Of a DNA stretch of 33,131 bases, positions 1-10,685 are shown in pieces. Under the pieces are notes generated by a model. The model searched no databases and was not told where the DNA came from. It was given only the letters and a program-made list of their open reading frames with translations. This DNA is from Octopus bimaculoides (taxonomy: Eukaryota), in contig NC_068996.1 in NCBI RefSeq assembly GCF_001194135.2, positions 16,919,127 through 16,952,257 of the forward strand. Reading direction: 5' to 3'. Positions within the stretch are counted from its first letter, which is position 1, and each line of letters begins with the position of its first letter. The position numbers and the translations under genes are program-made.

Positions 1-291
1 GAACCCAAACTGCATCTCATCTAAATTGATTCGCTCCCTAATTAGTTGGGCTATGACCCTCTCTGTAACTTTCATAACCTGATCTAACAGCTTGATGCCT
101 CTGTAATTATTTGTATCTAAAGCGTCCCCTTTACCTTTGTAGCAGTTGACTATGATGCTGCTACACCAGTCATTGGGTATGACTCCTTCGTGTATCACCT
201 GGTTCGTAATACGGGTGACTAGGCTATAGCCAACACTGCCAGATATTTTGAGCATCTCTGCAGTGATTCCTGATGGGCCGGGGGCTTTCCC
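1..291 (-). mobile_element. RTE-clade LINE reverse transcriptase fragment, 5'-truncated, running off the left window edge
   Basis: Manual minus-strand translation gives 97 uninterrupted codons: GKAPGPSGITAEMLK...IPNDWCSSIIVNCYKGKGDALDTNNYRGIKLLDQVMKVTERVI...LDEMQFGF. The KAPGP, KGKGD-NYRGI-L and QFGF motifs are typical of the N-terminal RT region of RTE elements. Not listed in the ORF track. Confidence 0.9.
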
Positions 292-609
292 GGTGATGGG
301 CCGGGGGCTATATATATATATATATATATATATATCATATTTTTTAACCATTAACTCTTGCAACCAACTCAACAGCATATTGCCTTCCTTTAGGTCCCCT
401 GTTTACTCACTCAATCATAATTTATATTCAGCTGCTCTGCACAATCTGTGATCCCCTCACCCCTGGTATCCCTACTTGTTTCTACCCACCTCATACTTTG
501 GAAGTTCCCCTATGACACCTCATCACCATTTCTTTATCCCATTCCAGCTCCATCTAATCACTCCCACCCTCTCTTCTAAAATGTGAGTAAGCATGTCACT
601 CCTCCACAG

Positions 610-1200
610 CAGTGGTACTCAACCATTTTTTGCCTCCTTAGATTCCTATTTTACTCTACTGGATCCTCATACTCTTTCAATGTTTACAAAAACCCTATTA
701 TATTTTTACAATTAAATATTGTTAGGAAGTCAAATCGTGATGGCACCTGTGCCCAGCGTCGCCTTTCTGGCACTTGTGCCCGTGGCATATATAAGGACTT
801 TCGAGCGAGATCGTTGCCAGTGCCTCTGGACTGGCTCTTGTGCAGGTGGCACATAAAATACACCATTTTGAGCATGGCCGTTACCAGTACCGCCTGACTG
901 GCCTTCGTGCGGGTGACACGTAAAAGCACCCACTACACTCTCGGAGTGATTGGTGTTAGGAAGGGCATCCAGCTGTAGAAACTCTGCCAAATCAGATTGG
1001 AGCCTGGTATAGCCATCTGGTTTCACCAGTCCCCAGTCAAATCGTCCAACCCATGCTAGCATGGAAAGCGGACGTTAAACAACGATGATGATGATGATTT
1101 GTACTAAAAAAATTACAATATTTTGTACATTGTACAATTTTGACAGCAAAGTCTTATATAGACCCCTAAGGATCATAGGAACCCTGCTTGAGAAGCACCG
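610..1200. mobile_element. hAT (Charlie-like) MITE, interrupted by a retro-element
   Basis: Left TIR CAGTGGTACTCAACC (610); right end GCTTGAGAAGCACCG (to 1200). The 8-bp flanks CTCCACAG and CCCTACAG match at 6/8, consistent with an 8-bp hAT TSD. Confidence 0.65.
738..1098 (+). mobile_element. Family C retroposon (RTE-type 3' tail ending in (GAT)n); longest copy in the window
   Basis: Core GGTGTTAGGAAGGGCATCCAGCTGTAGAAAC...CCAACCCATGCTAGCATGGAAAGCGGACGTTAAAC followed by (GAT)n. Near-identical to copies at 10093, 16711 and 7945(-). The RTE assignment is inference. Confidence 0.85.
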
Positions 1201-1304
1201 CCCTACAGCAAGAAACCTCTTCTGCTTTGGTACTTTTCTTTGAAACTTTACTCTTCTCCCTCCCAATTCAAGGTTTGTAGTCTTGCAAACTGTATGGTGA
1301 CCTT

Positions 1305-1498
1305 ACTAGTGCCGGTGTCACAGAAAAAATAAAAAGTACTCTGTCCACACTGTAAAGTCGTTGGCATTAGGAAGAGGATCCAGGTATTGAAACCATGCCA
1401 AAGCACACAGAAACAAGATGTAGTCTTTGAACCCATCAGAAACCCTCAAACCATCCAACCGAAACCAGCATGCAATATGGATGTTATATGATGATGAC
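1305..1498 (+). mobile_element. Old, diverged family C-like copy
   Basis: GTTGGCATTAGGAAGAGGATCCAGG...AAACCATGCC...CCATCCAACC...CAGCATG...ATGATGATGAC aligns by eye to the family C core and tail. Confidence 0.6.
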
Positions 1499-1499
1499 A

Positions 1500-1539
1500 A
1501 TATAATATATGTATATATGTATAGACATACATACTACAT

Positions 1540-1604
<65 letters not shown>

Positions 1605-1630
1605 TATATATATACTACACATACACACAT
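1500..1630. repeat. Compound (TA)n/(CA)n microsatellite
   Basis: Directly visible dinucleotide runs. Confidence 0.95.
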
Positions 1631-1719
1631 GCTACTATCACCTCTGTGTTAAACAAAAATTACCTAAATAGATAGCTAGAAAATATTAATAGATTATGCC
1701 GTATACTCTGATAGTAATC

Positions 1720-2341
1720 ATGGCTGCGGTGGTGGTGGTGGTGATGTTGGTGACGTTGATGACAATAATGATGATGATGATAATGGTATTGATGACGATG
1801 ATGATGATGATGATGATTACACCATGCTATTTCATCCATTAATGTCACAGATAGCTAAAAGGATTGCTGTAATATTTCTGAATATTCCATGCAATAATTA
1901 GCAGCTGCAACACCTCAAGGACGAACATGATGCAATTAACTATTACACTCTTACCAGGGGTTTTTTTTTTTAATGCATGCAAATAGAGAATCCATTAGTT
2001 AATACTGTCGTTGTTGTTATTATCATTATTATTATTATTATTATTATTGCTTAAATATTTATTAAAAGAGATTATTGAAAAACAGATCAAGGATTTATTG
2101 AACCAAATAGTAAATGCTTCATGTCATAGCAATTGCTAGACAATGGTGGTGGTGATGGTTGTGGGGTGGCAATAGTTGTAGAAGTGGTGGTGATGGTAGT
2201 TTGGTTGCAGTGGGGGTAGTTGTGATAATGATGATGATGATGATGATGATGGTGGTGACAATTTTGATAGTGCTGAAGAGAATCATGACATTGATGAAGA
2301 TGATAACAATAACAGTGGTGATAAAAGAAAGGTGAGATGTT

Positions 2342-2374
<33 letters not shown>

Positions 2375-2415
2375 GTGACGATGAAGATGACGATGATGAA
2401 GATGATGATGATGGG
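1720..2415. repeat. Cluster of (GAT)n/(GGT)n/(ATT)n trinucleotide low-complexity tracts
   Basis: Tracts at about 1725-1820, 2005-2050 and 2140-2415. They are the source of the spurious poly-His ORFs. Confidence 0.9.
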
Positions 2416-2847
2416 GGTGTAAAAGTAAATAAGTAAATAAATTATTACAGGCTGTCATTGATCTAACATGCGTGTGAAAGTATAAGATACCATGAAGAGG
2501 TCTGAATAAGAAAAAGATTTATTGATCAGTGAATACTTATAATTGATCAATAGAAAAGAAACCAAAAGAAATAAAAAGAAAAGAAGTTAAATATATATAT
2601 ATATATATATATAAGGCAAAAATTGTAAACCAGGATATGACCACCATTATTGTGATGAGCATCATCAAAGGAGAAACTGAGAAATCGATGATTTATAAAT
2701 AACAGGACACTCATCTGTGAATGGAAATTTCCAGAGAATCGTGTTGACTAATCTTATTAAAAACCACTTGACTATTAATCTTTTGTACTTAATTTTTAAC
2801 TTTAAATTAATTTACTGCCATTGTTCACAACCACCGAGACCAACACT

Positions 2848-3110
2848 GCTATCATCATCATCATTATCAACATCGTTATCATCATTATTTAATGTCCATT
2901 TTTACAATGCTTGGAAGGGTCAGATGAATTTTGCTGAGGCATGTTTTCCTTCAGCCAGATGTCCTTCATGTTGCCAACCTTTGTTTGTTTCCAGGCACAA
3001 GGCAATAATTACTCCATGACTTGATATATTTTCATGGAAAGTTGCAAATGACTGACACTGCTTTTGTGACATTCAGTTTATAAAAACAATGATTTCAAGA
3101 CAGGGTGAAA
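2848..3110 (-). mobile_element. Old RTE-tail-type repeat (subfamily C2)
   Basis: (CAT)n then TTTAATGTCCATTTT...CAGATGTCCTTC..GTTGCCAACC..TGTTTCCA. A similar copy lies at 32563-32800. Confidence 0.6.
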
Positions 3111-3186
3111 CAAATACACACACACACATGTATGTACAGACACACATGTATGCACAGACACACACACATGCGCAGATACACACACT

Positions 3187-3417
3187 GGCGGCGAGCTGGC
3201 AGAAACGTCAGCACGTCGGGCGAAATGCTTAGCGGTATTTCGTCTGCCGCTACGTTCTGAGTTCAAATTCCACCGAGGTCGACTTTGCCTTTCATCCTTT
3301 CGGGGTTAATTAAATAAGTACTAGTTACGCACTGGGGTCGGTATAATCGACTTAATCCATTTGTCTGTCCTTGTTTGTTCCCTCTATGTGTAGCCCCTTG
3401 TGGGTAGTAAAGAAATA
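3187..3417 (+). mobile_element. Family A tRNA-derived SINE (monomer)
   Basis: A-box-like TGGCAGAAACG, B-box GAGTTCAAATTCC, central TTTGCCTTTCATCCTTTCGGGG and tail GTAAAGAAATA. Near-identical to 30232-30467. Confidence 0.9.
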
Positions 3418-3461
3418 ACACACACATGCACACACAGACACATGTACACACACACACACAC

Positions 3462-3565
3462 TTCTTTCTCTTTCAGTTTACTATAACCATTCACAAGGTT
3501 GTTGATAGCCTGGTGTGATTAAAAAAAAGAAACTTGCCCAAGGAAACATGCAGTAAGACCAAACT
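3462..3565 (-). mobile_element. Degenerate family B SINE fragment (CORE-like region)
   Basis: CTTTCAGTTT...TTCACAAGG...ACTTGCCCAAGG resembles the reverse complement of family B. Confidence 0.55.
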
Positions 3566-3601
3566 TCTCCAGTCATAAAGCTATGCCTGTGCCAATACAT
3601 A

Positions 3602-4115
3602 CATTCTTTTATTAGTTTCAGCACAAAGGCTGTAGCCATGCTGGAGCACCACCAGTTGTATCATCTTTTCAATGGCCATTCTTTTGTGATTGGCTATTGG
3701 TGAAAAAGGGAGTTTTATATCGCTGCCCTCTTTTGAGTTTCTTGCCATGATGTAGGTTCATGTAAGACTTTGGACAGCAGGAGGTCAAGTTGTTTCTTGA
3801 AAACATCAGCCCCCATACTCCATGTAGATCTTTCAGATGTTTTGGCAATATGTTAAATAGCTGTGTGCAAGTCATTGCAGTACATGGTCTTCAATCTAGA
3901 TGAGATGGATGGGACCTTTGGAACAGTACAGTGACATCTAGTTTGGAAGTTGGCATAACACTTGATGCTGAAGTTTAGCGCCAAACCCTCTAGGGTTTTC
4001 CACATATATATCACAGCATATCTCTCCAGCTTTTGCTCCAGGGAGTAGTCATAATTCCTTCAATCTCTCCCAGCAGCTTAACTGTTTCATTGATGCAATC
4101 GAACCTGTATATGAA
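3602..4115 (-). mobile_element. CR1/L2-group LINE 3' end (C-terminus of ORF2 plus about 92-nt 3' UTR), decayed
   Basis: Frameshifted translation: WERLKEL*(L)YSLEQKLERYAVIYMWKTLEGL...LFNILPKHLKDLHG...RAAI*NSLFHQ*. This matches the CR1-type C-terminal motifs L-LYSLE-RRERY-IY-WK and LFN-LP. Confidence 0.85.
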
Positions 4116-4480
4116 AAATTCTTGAATCAAAGCTCAAAGAGACCAAAGACCCCAAAAGAACTCAATACGAGTTAATAACAATAACTTGGTTAATGTCTTA
4201 GCAAAGAATATCTCTTTTCACTAATTTAATAGTTCTTTGGAAACTGAGCATTTAGAATCAGTAAATGCAACTAAATTATTTCAGAGTATTTCTTTGTGAC
4301 TTAAATGTTTTGGAAAAAATTTGATTCAGAACAGTTAAAATAATTTCCCCACAAAATATGACATCAAAGAATTGGAGATTGCCAGAGTAATCAAAATGTC
4401 AATACATGTTATGTGAAAACACACATATACAATACTACATCATAATCATATGTGCATGCATGTGTGTATGTGTGTGTGCA

Positions 4481-4580
4481 TACTATTTCCATGTTTTAGC
4501 CTTCTCAATGTTTTTCCTTTTTTCAAGTCCGTTCTTGCTCTTAAGATTTTCCACCTTTTCTTCAACTCATTCTAAACAAT
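4481..4580. repeat. Unclassified dispersed repeat, copy 1 (copy 2 at 6307-6411)
   Basis: Shared ATTTCCATGTTTT...TCAATG.TTTTC.TTT.TCAAGTC...ACTCATTCTAAACAAT. Both copies follow a (GT)-rich microsatellite. Confidence 0.6.
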
Positions 4581-5254
4581 ACAGTTGCCTCTTCCTTTAC
4601 TAACACTTGTTAGCCCTTCCTCCTCTTCCACTATCTCCTCCCTTTCCTTGCAAACTTTCTAATTACAGTTTATTTATCCTTCAACACCAATTAACATTCC
4701 ATCTCTCTCCAAGGACCACTGCTGGGGAGAAAGGGGGATTTTTACCCAAAAGCTTTCAATATACAAGGGTGGAGTAATGAAGGTGTACAATTGCTTAATA
4801 TGAGTGGAATGTTCTTTTCATTTCTCTATTCCTTTTTTTTTTCCATGATTCTATGTTCTTTAACAAATCATTTGAGTGTCTCAACTCAAGTACTCAAACA
4901 GATGGTCTTCTTTGACCAATCAGCTGGGACTCTTTGACCTATCAGACTAGATTGTAGTGTGGAGGGGCCCTACCTTGTGGAAAATAAAAGTCATCATTGT
5001 TTTGTTGCTGCTTCAATTCAGAATGACTGTTTTCTTTGGCATCTCAAGCAACTGTATACCTACTTTTTCCCACCCCTATACTTTGTATTGCTATATTTGT
5101 TTTGTTTTTTCTTCCTTAATCAGGTTCATTGCAAGAAGAGAAGGAAAATTTTAACAGCTTGAACAAATGCCATCTTTGTTGACAGGACACGTCTCACACA
5201 ACATCTTCATCATCATTGTCATTATCGTCATCGTCATCATCATCATCAACAACA

Positions 5255-5516
5255 ACCCCTGGGCATTACTATCTCAAATCCTATGACTCATGGAGCTGGT
5301 TACTTGGTTTCCATGGTGTACAAGTGACTGAGATCACAACATGTCCTTAAATGGGATGCCAGTCTATTGCAAGGTTACTCATTTACAGTTGTGTGGAATG
5401 GAACAATGTGAAATGAAGATTTTTTTTCTCAAGAACGCATCGCACTGACTGGCCCAGGAATCAAAACCATGATCTTGGAATCATGAAAGTAGCAACCTAA
5501 CCTCTAGGCCATACGC
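5255..5516 (-). mobile_element. Family D tRNA-derived SINE (CORE/V-like body), diverged
   Basis: Minus strand reads ATGGCCTAGAGGTTAGG...GATTCCTGG...CTGTAAATGAGTAACCTTGCAATAGACTGGCATCCC. Similar to 25755-25985. Confidence 0.6.
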
Positions 5517-5653
5517 CTTCACTTCACAATAACAGTGCATGAAAGCAAAGAAAAACTGATCCATAAATTGAACATCGACTGTAGTGTCTGGATCTAATAT
5601 TTTTCTGTAGAATGAATGAATGCAGGAAAACTTGAACTCAAATACATTCGTCT

Positions 5654-5658
<5 letters not shown>

Positions 5659-5717
<59 letters not shown>
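5659..5717. repeat. (CT)n microsatellite
   Basis: Perfect dinucleotide run. Confidence 0.97.
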
Positions 5718-5720
<3 letters not shown>

Positions 5721-5905
5721 CTGAAATTTATAACATTGACTATTAAAAGACAATAATCTAAGAACATGGCATTTCATTTCCTGATTTAACCAGGATCAGG
5801 ATTGTTGTGTGTATCAACACAACTACAATAAACTTTCTTTCCTCTTTCACAGAAAAAAAAAAAAAAGACAGATCCCCAATATAACTAATAAATAATTTCT
5901 ATGTA

Positions 5906-6075
5906 TGCAGGTGTGGCTGTAGGCACAAGTATGGCTGTATAAGCACAAGTATGGTTGTGTCATTAGAAGTTTTCTTCCTAGCTAGATGGTTTCAGCTTTC
6001 TACAATAGACATGGGCCAATCAAAGCCTTGTGAGTAGATCTAGTAGACAGAAACTGAAAGAAACTCATCATGTAT
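5906..6075 (+). mobile_element. Degenerate family B SINE with triplicated 5' head
   Basis: GCAGGTGTGGCTGT / GCACAAGTATGGCTGT / GCACAAGTATGGTTGT, then AAAGCCTTGTGAGTAGAT..GTAGACAGAAACTGAAAGAA. Confidence 0.6.
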
Positions 6076-6306
6076 GTGTGTATGTACATATATATAAATA
6101 TATATATATATATATATGCAGGTGAGGTATTCAAAGTTTTATAAGATATACATATGTTTCATCAAAATGCTGAAATAATCACGACAGTAGTAGGAACATT
6201 ATGCAATCCTGCACCTTATCAATGGCTATGTGTGTGCATGCGCACGCGTGTGTGTTTGTGTGTGTATGTGTGTGTGTGCATGTGTGTGTGTGTGTATAAA
6301 ACTGTG

Positions 6307-6411
6307 TACCATTTCCATGTTTTTGTCTCCTCTGGTCAATGCTTTTCATTTATCAAGTCTGTTTCTATTCCTTAGAGTTCTCTTATCCTTCCTTGACTCA
6401 TTCTAAACAAT
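6307..6411. repeat. Unclassified dispersed repeat, copy 2
   Basis: Direct repeat of 4481-4580. Confidence 0.6.
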
Positions 6412-6771
6412 GCTGAAGCAAATTCGTGAGCACCTGACTTGATATTTATTGCTGGATATAACAACATTTGATGTTGGCTAATTACAATGAACAGTATTAA
6501 TAACTGCTGACTGAGAAGAGAGGAAAACTGCTCTGAAAGTATAGAAAGCTATCTGTGTGATATCACATGTTCAGTCCAAAAAATACATGCAATCATCCGC
6601 ATCAATCTTCAAGACAATATGTGGCATCAACACTGAGTTGGTCATCTGCCTAGCAAGAGTGGAGGTAAGTGGGTCAGTCAGCTGCTTTCAATATACAGCA
6701 ATTGAGTGCCAAAAGGGGTTTTGATAGGGGACAAGAAGTCAAATTTTAGAACATTTGAGAAAACTGTATCA

Positions 6772-7364
6772 TAGGCACAGGAGTGGCTGTGTGGTAAGTA
6801 GCTTGCTTACCAACCACATGGTTCCGGATTCATTCCCACTGCGTGGCACCTTGGGCAAGTGTCTTCTACTATAGCTTCGCGCCGACCAAAAGCTTGTGAG
6901 TGCATTTGGTAGACGGAAACTGAAAGAAGTCCGTCGTATGTATGTATATATNNNNNNNNNNNNNNNNNNNNNNNNNNNNNNNNNNNNNNNNNNNNNNNNN
7001 NNNNNNNNNNNNNNNNNNNNNNNNNNNNNNNNNNNNNNNNNNNNNNNNNNNNNNNNNNNNNNNNNNNNNNNNNNNNNNNNNNNNNNNNNNNNNNNNNNNN
7101 NNNNNNNNNNTATATATATATATATATATGTATGTATGTGTATATGTTTGTATGTCAGTGTTTGTCCCCCACAACATCGCTTGACAACCGATACTGGTGA
7201 GTTTATGTCCCTGTAACTTAGCGGTTCGGCAAGAGAGACCGATAGAATAAGTACTAGGCTTACAAAGAATAAGTCCTGGGGTCGATTTGCTCGACTAAAG
7301 GCGGTGCTCCAGCATGGCCGCAGTCAAATGACTGAAACAAGTAAAAGTGTAAAGTGTAAAAGTG
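6772..7364 (+). mobile_element. Family B tRNA-derived CORE-type SINE, full length, internal microsatellite gapped (probably related to the octopus OR1/OR2 SINEs)
   Basis: Head GGCACAGGAGTGGCTGTGTGGTAAG, CORE-like GGCACCTTGGGCAAGTGTCTTCTACTATAGC, internal (TA/TG)n with N-gap 6952-7110, and tail GGTGCTCCAGCATGGCCGCAGTCAAATGACTGAAACAAGTAAAA. The family name is recalled, not searched. Confidence 0.9.
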
Positions 7365-7844
7365 TATACCACAGACTGATTGGTTGATTTATAGATCAAT
7401 CATGTGAAACTGGTGGTTCACTCATGGAGTCTGACTGAGTATCTAGCATAAAGGTTTTCAAATCTCCAATACAACATCATGTGATAGCTGTACATAGGGA
7501 AATATTACCTTGCTTGGAAACAGGTGAAGGTGCAGACGGATTTCATTCACAATTTTCAACTGCTAATTTTAGGCATACCTTTTTTTTTTTTACTTTCATT
7601 GTCAGTTTTTTCATTCTTGAAAACAATATTTTTGCCTTATTTTTTGGCAGAATAATTGACTACGGAAATTTTTGAACCTCACCTAATTTGTGGAAGACAT
7701 ATACAGTTCCCCGTGTAATCTGTACTGAAAGGACAAACAAGATTTCAAATTTCATCAATGTCAGCAGAAGGATGCTGGAAGATGTAGGATTTGACTACGA
7801 GATAACAACAGACTAAATACGCTCATAAGCCTTTGGTCAGCATT

Positions 7845-7845
<1 letters not shown>

Positions 7846-7937
<92 letters not shown>
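7846..7937. repeat. (GT)n microsatellite
   Basis: About 46 perfect units. Confidence 0.97.
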
Positions 7938-7940
<3 letters not shown>

Positions 7941-7944
7941 AGTG

Positions 7945-8040
7945 TCATCATCATCGTTTAACGTCCACTTCCCATACTAGCATGGGTTGGACGCTTTGAC
8001 TGAGGACTGGTGGACCAGGTGGCTACACCAGGCTCCAATC
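7945..8040 (-). mobile_element. Family C retroposon 3' end, continuing into gap 8041-8140
   Basis: TCATCATCATCGTTTAACGTCC...CATGGGTTGGACG..TTGACTGAGGACTGG...CCAGGCTCCAATC is the reverse complement of the family C tail. Confidence 0.85.
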
Positions 8041-8595
8041 NNNNNNNNNNNNNNNNNNNNNNNNNNNNNNNNNNNNNNNNNNNNNNNNNNNNNNNNNNNN
8101 NNNNNNNNNNNNNNNNNNNNNNNNNNNNNNNNNNNNNNNNATACACACACACACACACACACACACATACATACACACATATATAAATGTATATAGATAT
8201 ATACGTATACATATATATATATATATACATATATATATTTATGTATGTATATGCACACAGGCACATACATGGACACACATATGCACACATACACTGGAAA
8301 TAGTTGGTTTCTTAGCTTGTGTCCAATTTCAATCAAGTATTAAAATGATATCCCTTTGAAGATGTTAGTAACATAAAAAAGGAAATCTGTTAATCGTCAT
8401 TTCTGCATCAGAATATCAATAACTGAAAGGTTTTGTTAACATTGTTATTTTGTATTGTTATATATTGCTATTTTATATGCAAACAACAAATATTGTTATT
8501 TGTATTAAGTTCAGTAACTGTGGACTCCACAACATCTGGTGTTTGTCGTTGAGTGTAGAAGTAATGGCTGTGTGTGAATGTAGTGAGAGAGAAAA

Positions 8596-9023
8596 GCAGT
8601 GAGCTGGCAGAAACGTTAGCATGCCGGGCGAAATGCTAAGCGGTATTTCGTCTGCCGTTATGCTCTGAGTTCAAATTCCGCTGAGGTCGACTTTGCCTTT
8701 CATCCTTTCGGGGTTGATAAATTAAGTACCAGTTACGCACTGGGAGCAATGTAATCGACTTAATCCCTTTATCTGTCCTTGTTTGTCCCCTCTATGTTTA
8801 GCCCTTTGTGGGCAATAAAGAAATAAGAAACGTTAGCACGCCGGGCAAAACGCTTAGCGGTATTTCATCTGTCTTTACATTTTGAGTTCAAATTCTGCCA
8901 AGGCCAACTTTGCCTTTCATCCTTTTGGGGTTGATAAATTAAGTACCAGTTGCATACTGGGTCGATCTAATTGACTGGACCCCTCCCCCAAAATTTAGGG
9001 CCTTGTGCCTAGAGTAGAAAAGA

Positions 9024-9024
<1 letters not shown>
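8596..9024 (+). mobile_element. Dimeric family A SINE (two tRNA-derived monomers with different 3' tails)
   Basis: Monomer 1 (8596-8825) ends AAAGAAATA. Monomer 2 starts AGAAACGTTAGCACGCCGGG (8826) and ends CCCCCAAAATTTAGGGCCTTGTGCCTAGAGTAGAAAAGAA. Confidence 0.85.
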
Positions 9025-9057
<33 letters not shown>

Positions 9058-9425
9058 AGAGAAAGACAGACAGACAGAGAGAGGGAGCAGCAGCAGACAG
9101 ACAGACCATCAGGCAGACAATGACAAACAAATTTACAAGCAGATACAGTGAGAGGAGACAGAAGCAGAAGACAAAATATATGAAACATACACACACTTGC
9201 ATACAGAGAGAGAGAGTGGGAGGGGAGACAAAAAGAATGACAGTCAGAGACACAAGTATACAGAGAAACAAATGGAGAGATACTTAACAGAGAGGGAGAG
9301 AGGCCGAATATATGAAAGTGATAAAGAGATAAATACATTCTTACAGAGAGAGAAAAATGTTAGACAGGAAAGAAAAAGAGAAAAAATTAGAAAGCAAGAG
9401 AGAGGGAAAGGTATAAAGAGAGAAG
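9024..9425. repeat. (GA)/(GACA)-rich purine low-complexity tract
   Basis: Visible GA repeats; the source of the SLSLSL and ERERE ORFs. Confidence 0.85.
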
Positions 9426-9740
9426 TAGATTTTACTCGTTGATGCTTTCAGGTGCACCTCAAGTGGGGGATATATGTATACCCAAATATATACCTTTTAC
9501 CCTGTTACAAACTTGATACAGCTTTATTGTTGATCTCAAGATAAAATGCACCCAGTAAACACTATAAAGTGCTTGGCAAATGACAGGAGATTATGGAGGA
9601 CAGAACTAAATGTTTAGTCTTGTCTAAACATGCTAACATCCCAAGCAACGAAATACACTGAGTAAACTCTGGAAGATGGTTGGTGATACTAAGGACATTC
9701 TACAACATAAACCATGACAAAATTTTCTCTTGTTTTTTTA

Positions 9741-10070
9741 TGTAGGCATAACTGTGTGTGAAGCTTCCCAGCCACATGGTTCCAAGTTCAGTGCCACTGC
9801 ATGGCACATAGGGCAAGTGACTTCCACTATAGCCTTGGACTGACTATAGCCTTGTGAATGGATTTGGTAGACAGAAAATGAAAGAAACCATGTGAGTGTA
9901 TGATGTTAATGTCCCCAGTAAATTAGTGGTTCAGCAAAAAGACCAATCGAATAAGTACTAGGCTTTAAAAGAAAAAAAGGCCTGGGGGTTGATTTGCTTA
10001 ACTAAAATCCTTTAAGGCGATGCTCCAGCATGTCTACAGTCAAATGGCTGAAACAAGTAAAAGAAAATAA
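9741..10070 (+). mobile_element. Diverged family B SINE
   Basis: CCACATGGTTCCAAGTTCAGTGCCACTGCATGGCAC..GGGCAAGTG...TGCTCCAGCATG..ACAGTCAAATGGCTGAAACAAGTAAAAG. Confidence 0.8.
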
Positions 10071-10092
10071 TTAAAGAAATAACACACATATT

Positions 10093-10304
10093 GCCATTGC
10101 CAGTACTACCTGACTGGCCCTCGTGCTGGTGGCACGTAAAGAGCACCCACTACACTCTCGGATTGGTTGGAGTTAGGAAGGGCATCCAGCTGTAGAAACT
10201 CTGCCAGATCAGATTGGAGCCTGGTGCAGCCATCTAGTTTGCCAGTCCTCAGTCAAATTGTCCAACCCGTGCCAGCATGGAAGGCGGACGTTAAATGATG
10301 ATTA

Positions 10305-10308
<4 letters not shown>
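10093..10308 (+). mobile_element. Family C retroposon (5'-truncated)
   Basis: Aligns to about 877-1098; ends GTTAAATGATGATTATGAT next to (TA)n. Confidence 0.85.
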
Positions 10309-10364
<56 letters not shown>

Positions 10365-10451
10365 AACACACACACACACACACATATACATGTATGTATA
10401 TGTGCATATTCATATCTACTATATAAAAGTCAATGTCTTTATGTGTGTTCA

Positions 10452-10663
10452 ATTTCTTTATTGCCCACAAGGGGCTAAACATAGAGAGGACAAACAAAGG
10501 GGTTAAGTCGATTACATCGACCCAGTGTCTAACTGGTACTTAATTTATCGACCCCGAAAGGATGAAAGGCAAAGTCGACCTCAGCGGAATTTGAACTCGG
10601 AACGTAACGACAGACGAAATAGCGCTAAGCATTTCGCCCGTTATGCTAACGTTTCTGCCAGCT
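10452..10663 (-). mobile_element. Family A SINE inserted in the Helitron
   Basis: Reverse complement of the family A monomer, lacking only the extreme 5' bases. Confidence 0.9.
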
Positions 10664-10685
10664 AATGTTTTACTTATACATGTTT

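Noticed and set aside
583-1062. GC-richer ORFs of 81-110 aa (583..897, 684..929, 730..1062; likewise 3078..3457 and 30164..30508)
   Set aside because: They are translations of family C and family A repeat bodies, which recur elsewhere in the window without frame conservation.
1660-2458. Poly-His ORFs (1660..1848, 2087..2458)
   Set aside because: Reverse translation of (GAT)n/(GGT)n tracts, with no domain content or splice context.
6575-6664. Possible 90-nt exon (TTCAG|...GAG|GTAAGT, open frame SKKYMQSS...ARVE)
   Set aside because: The donor is good, but the acceptor lacks a polypyrimidine tract, the peptide is unrecognisable and no partner exons were found. RNA-seq junction reads would be needed.
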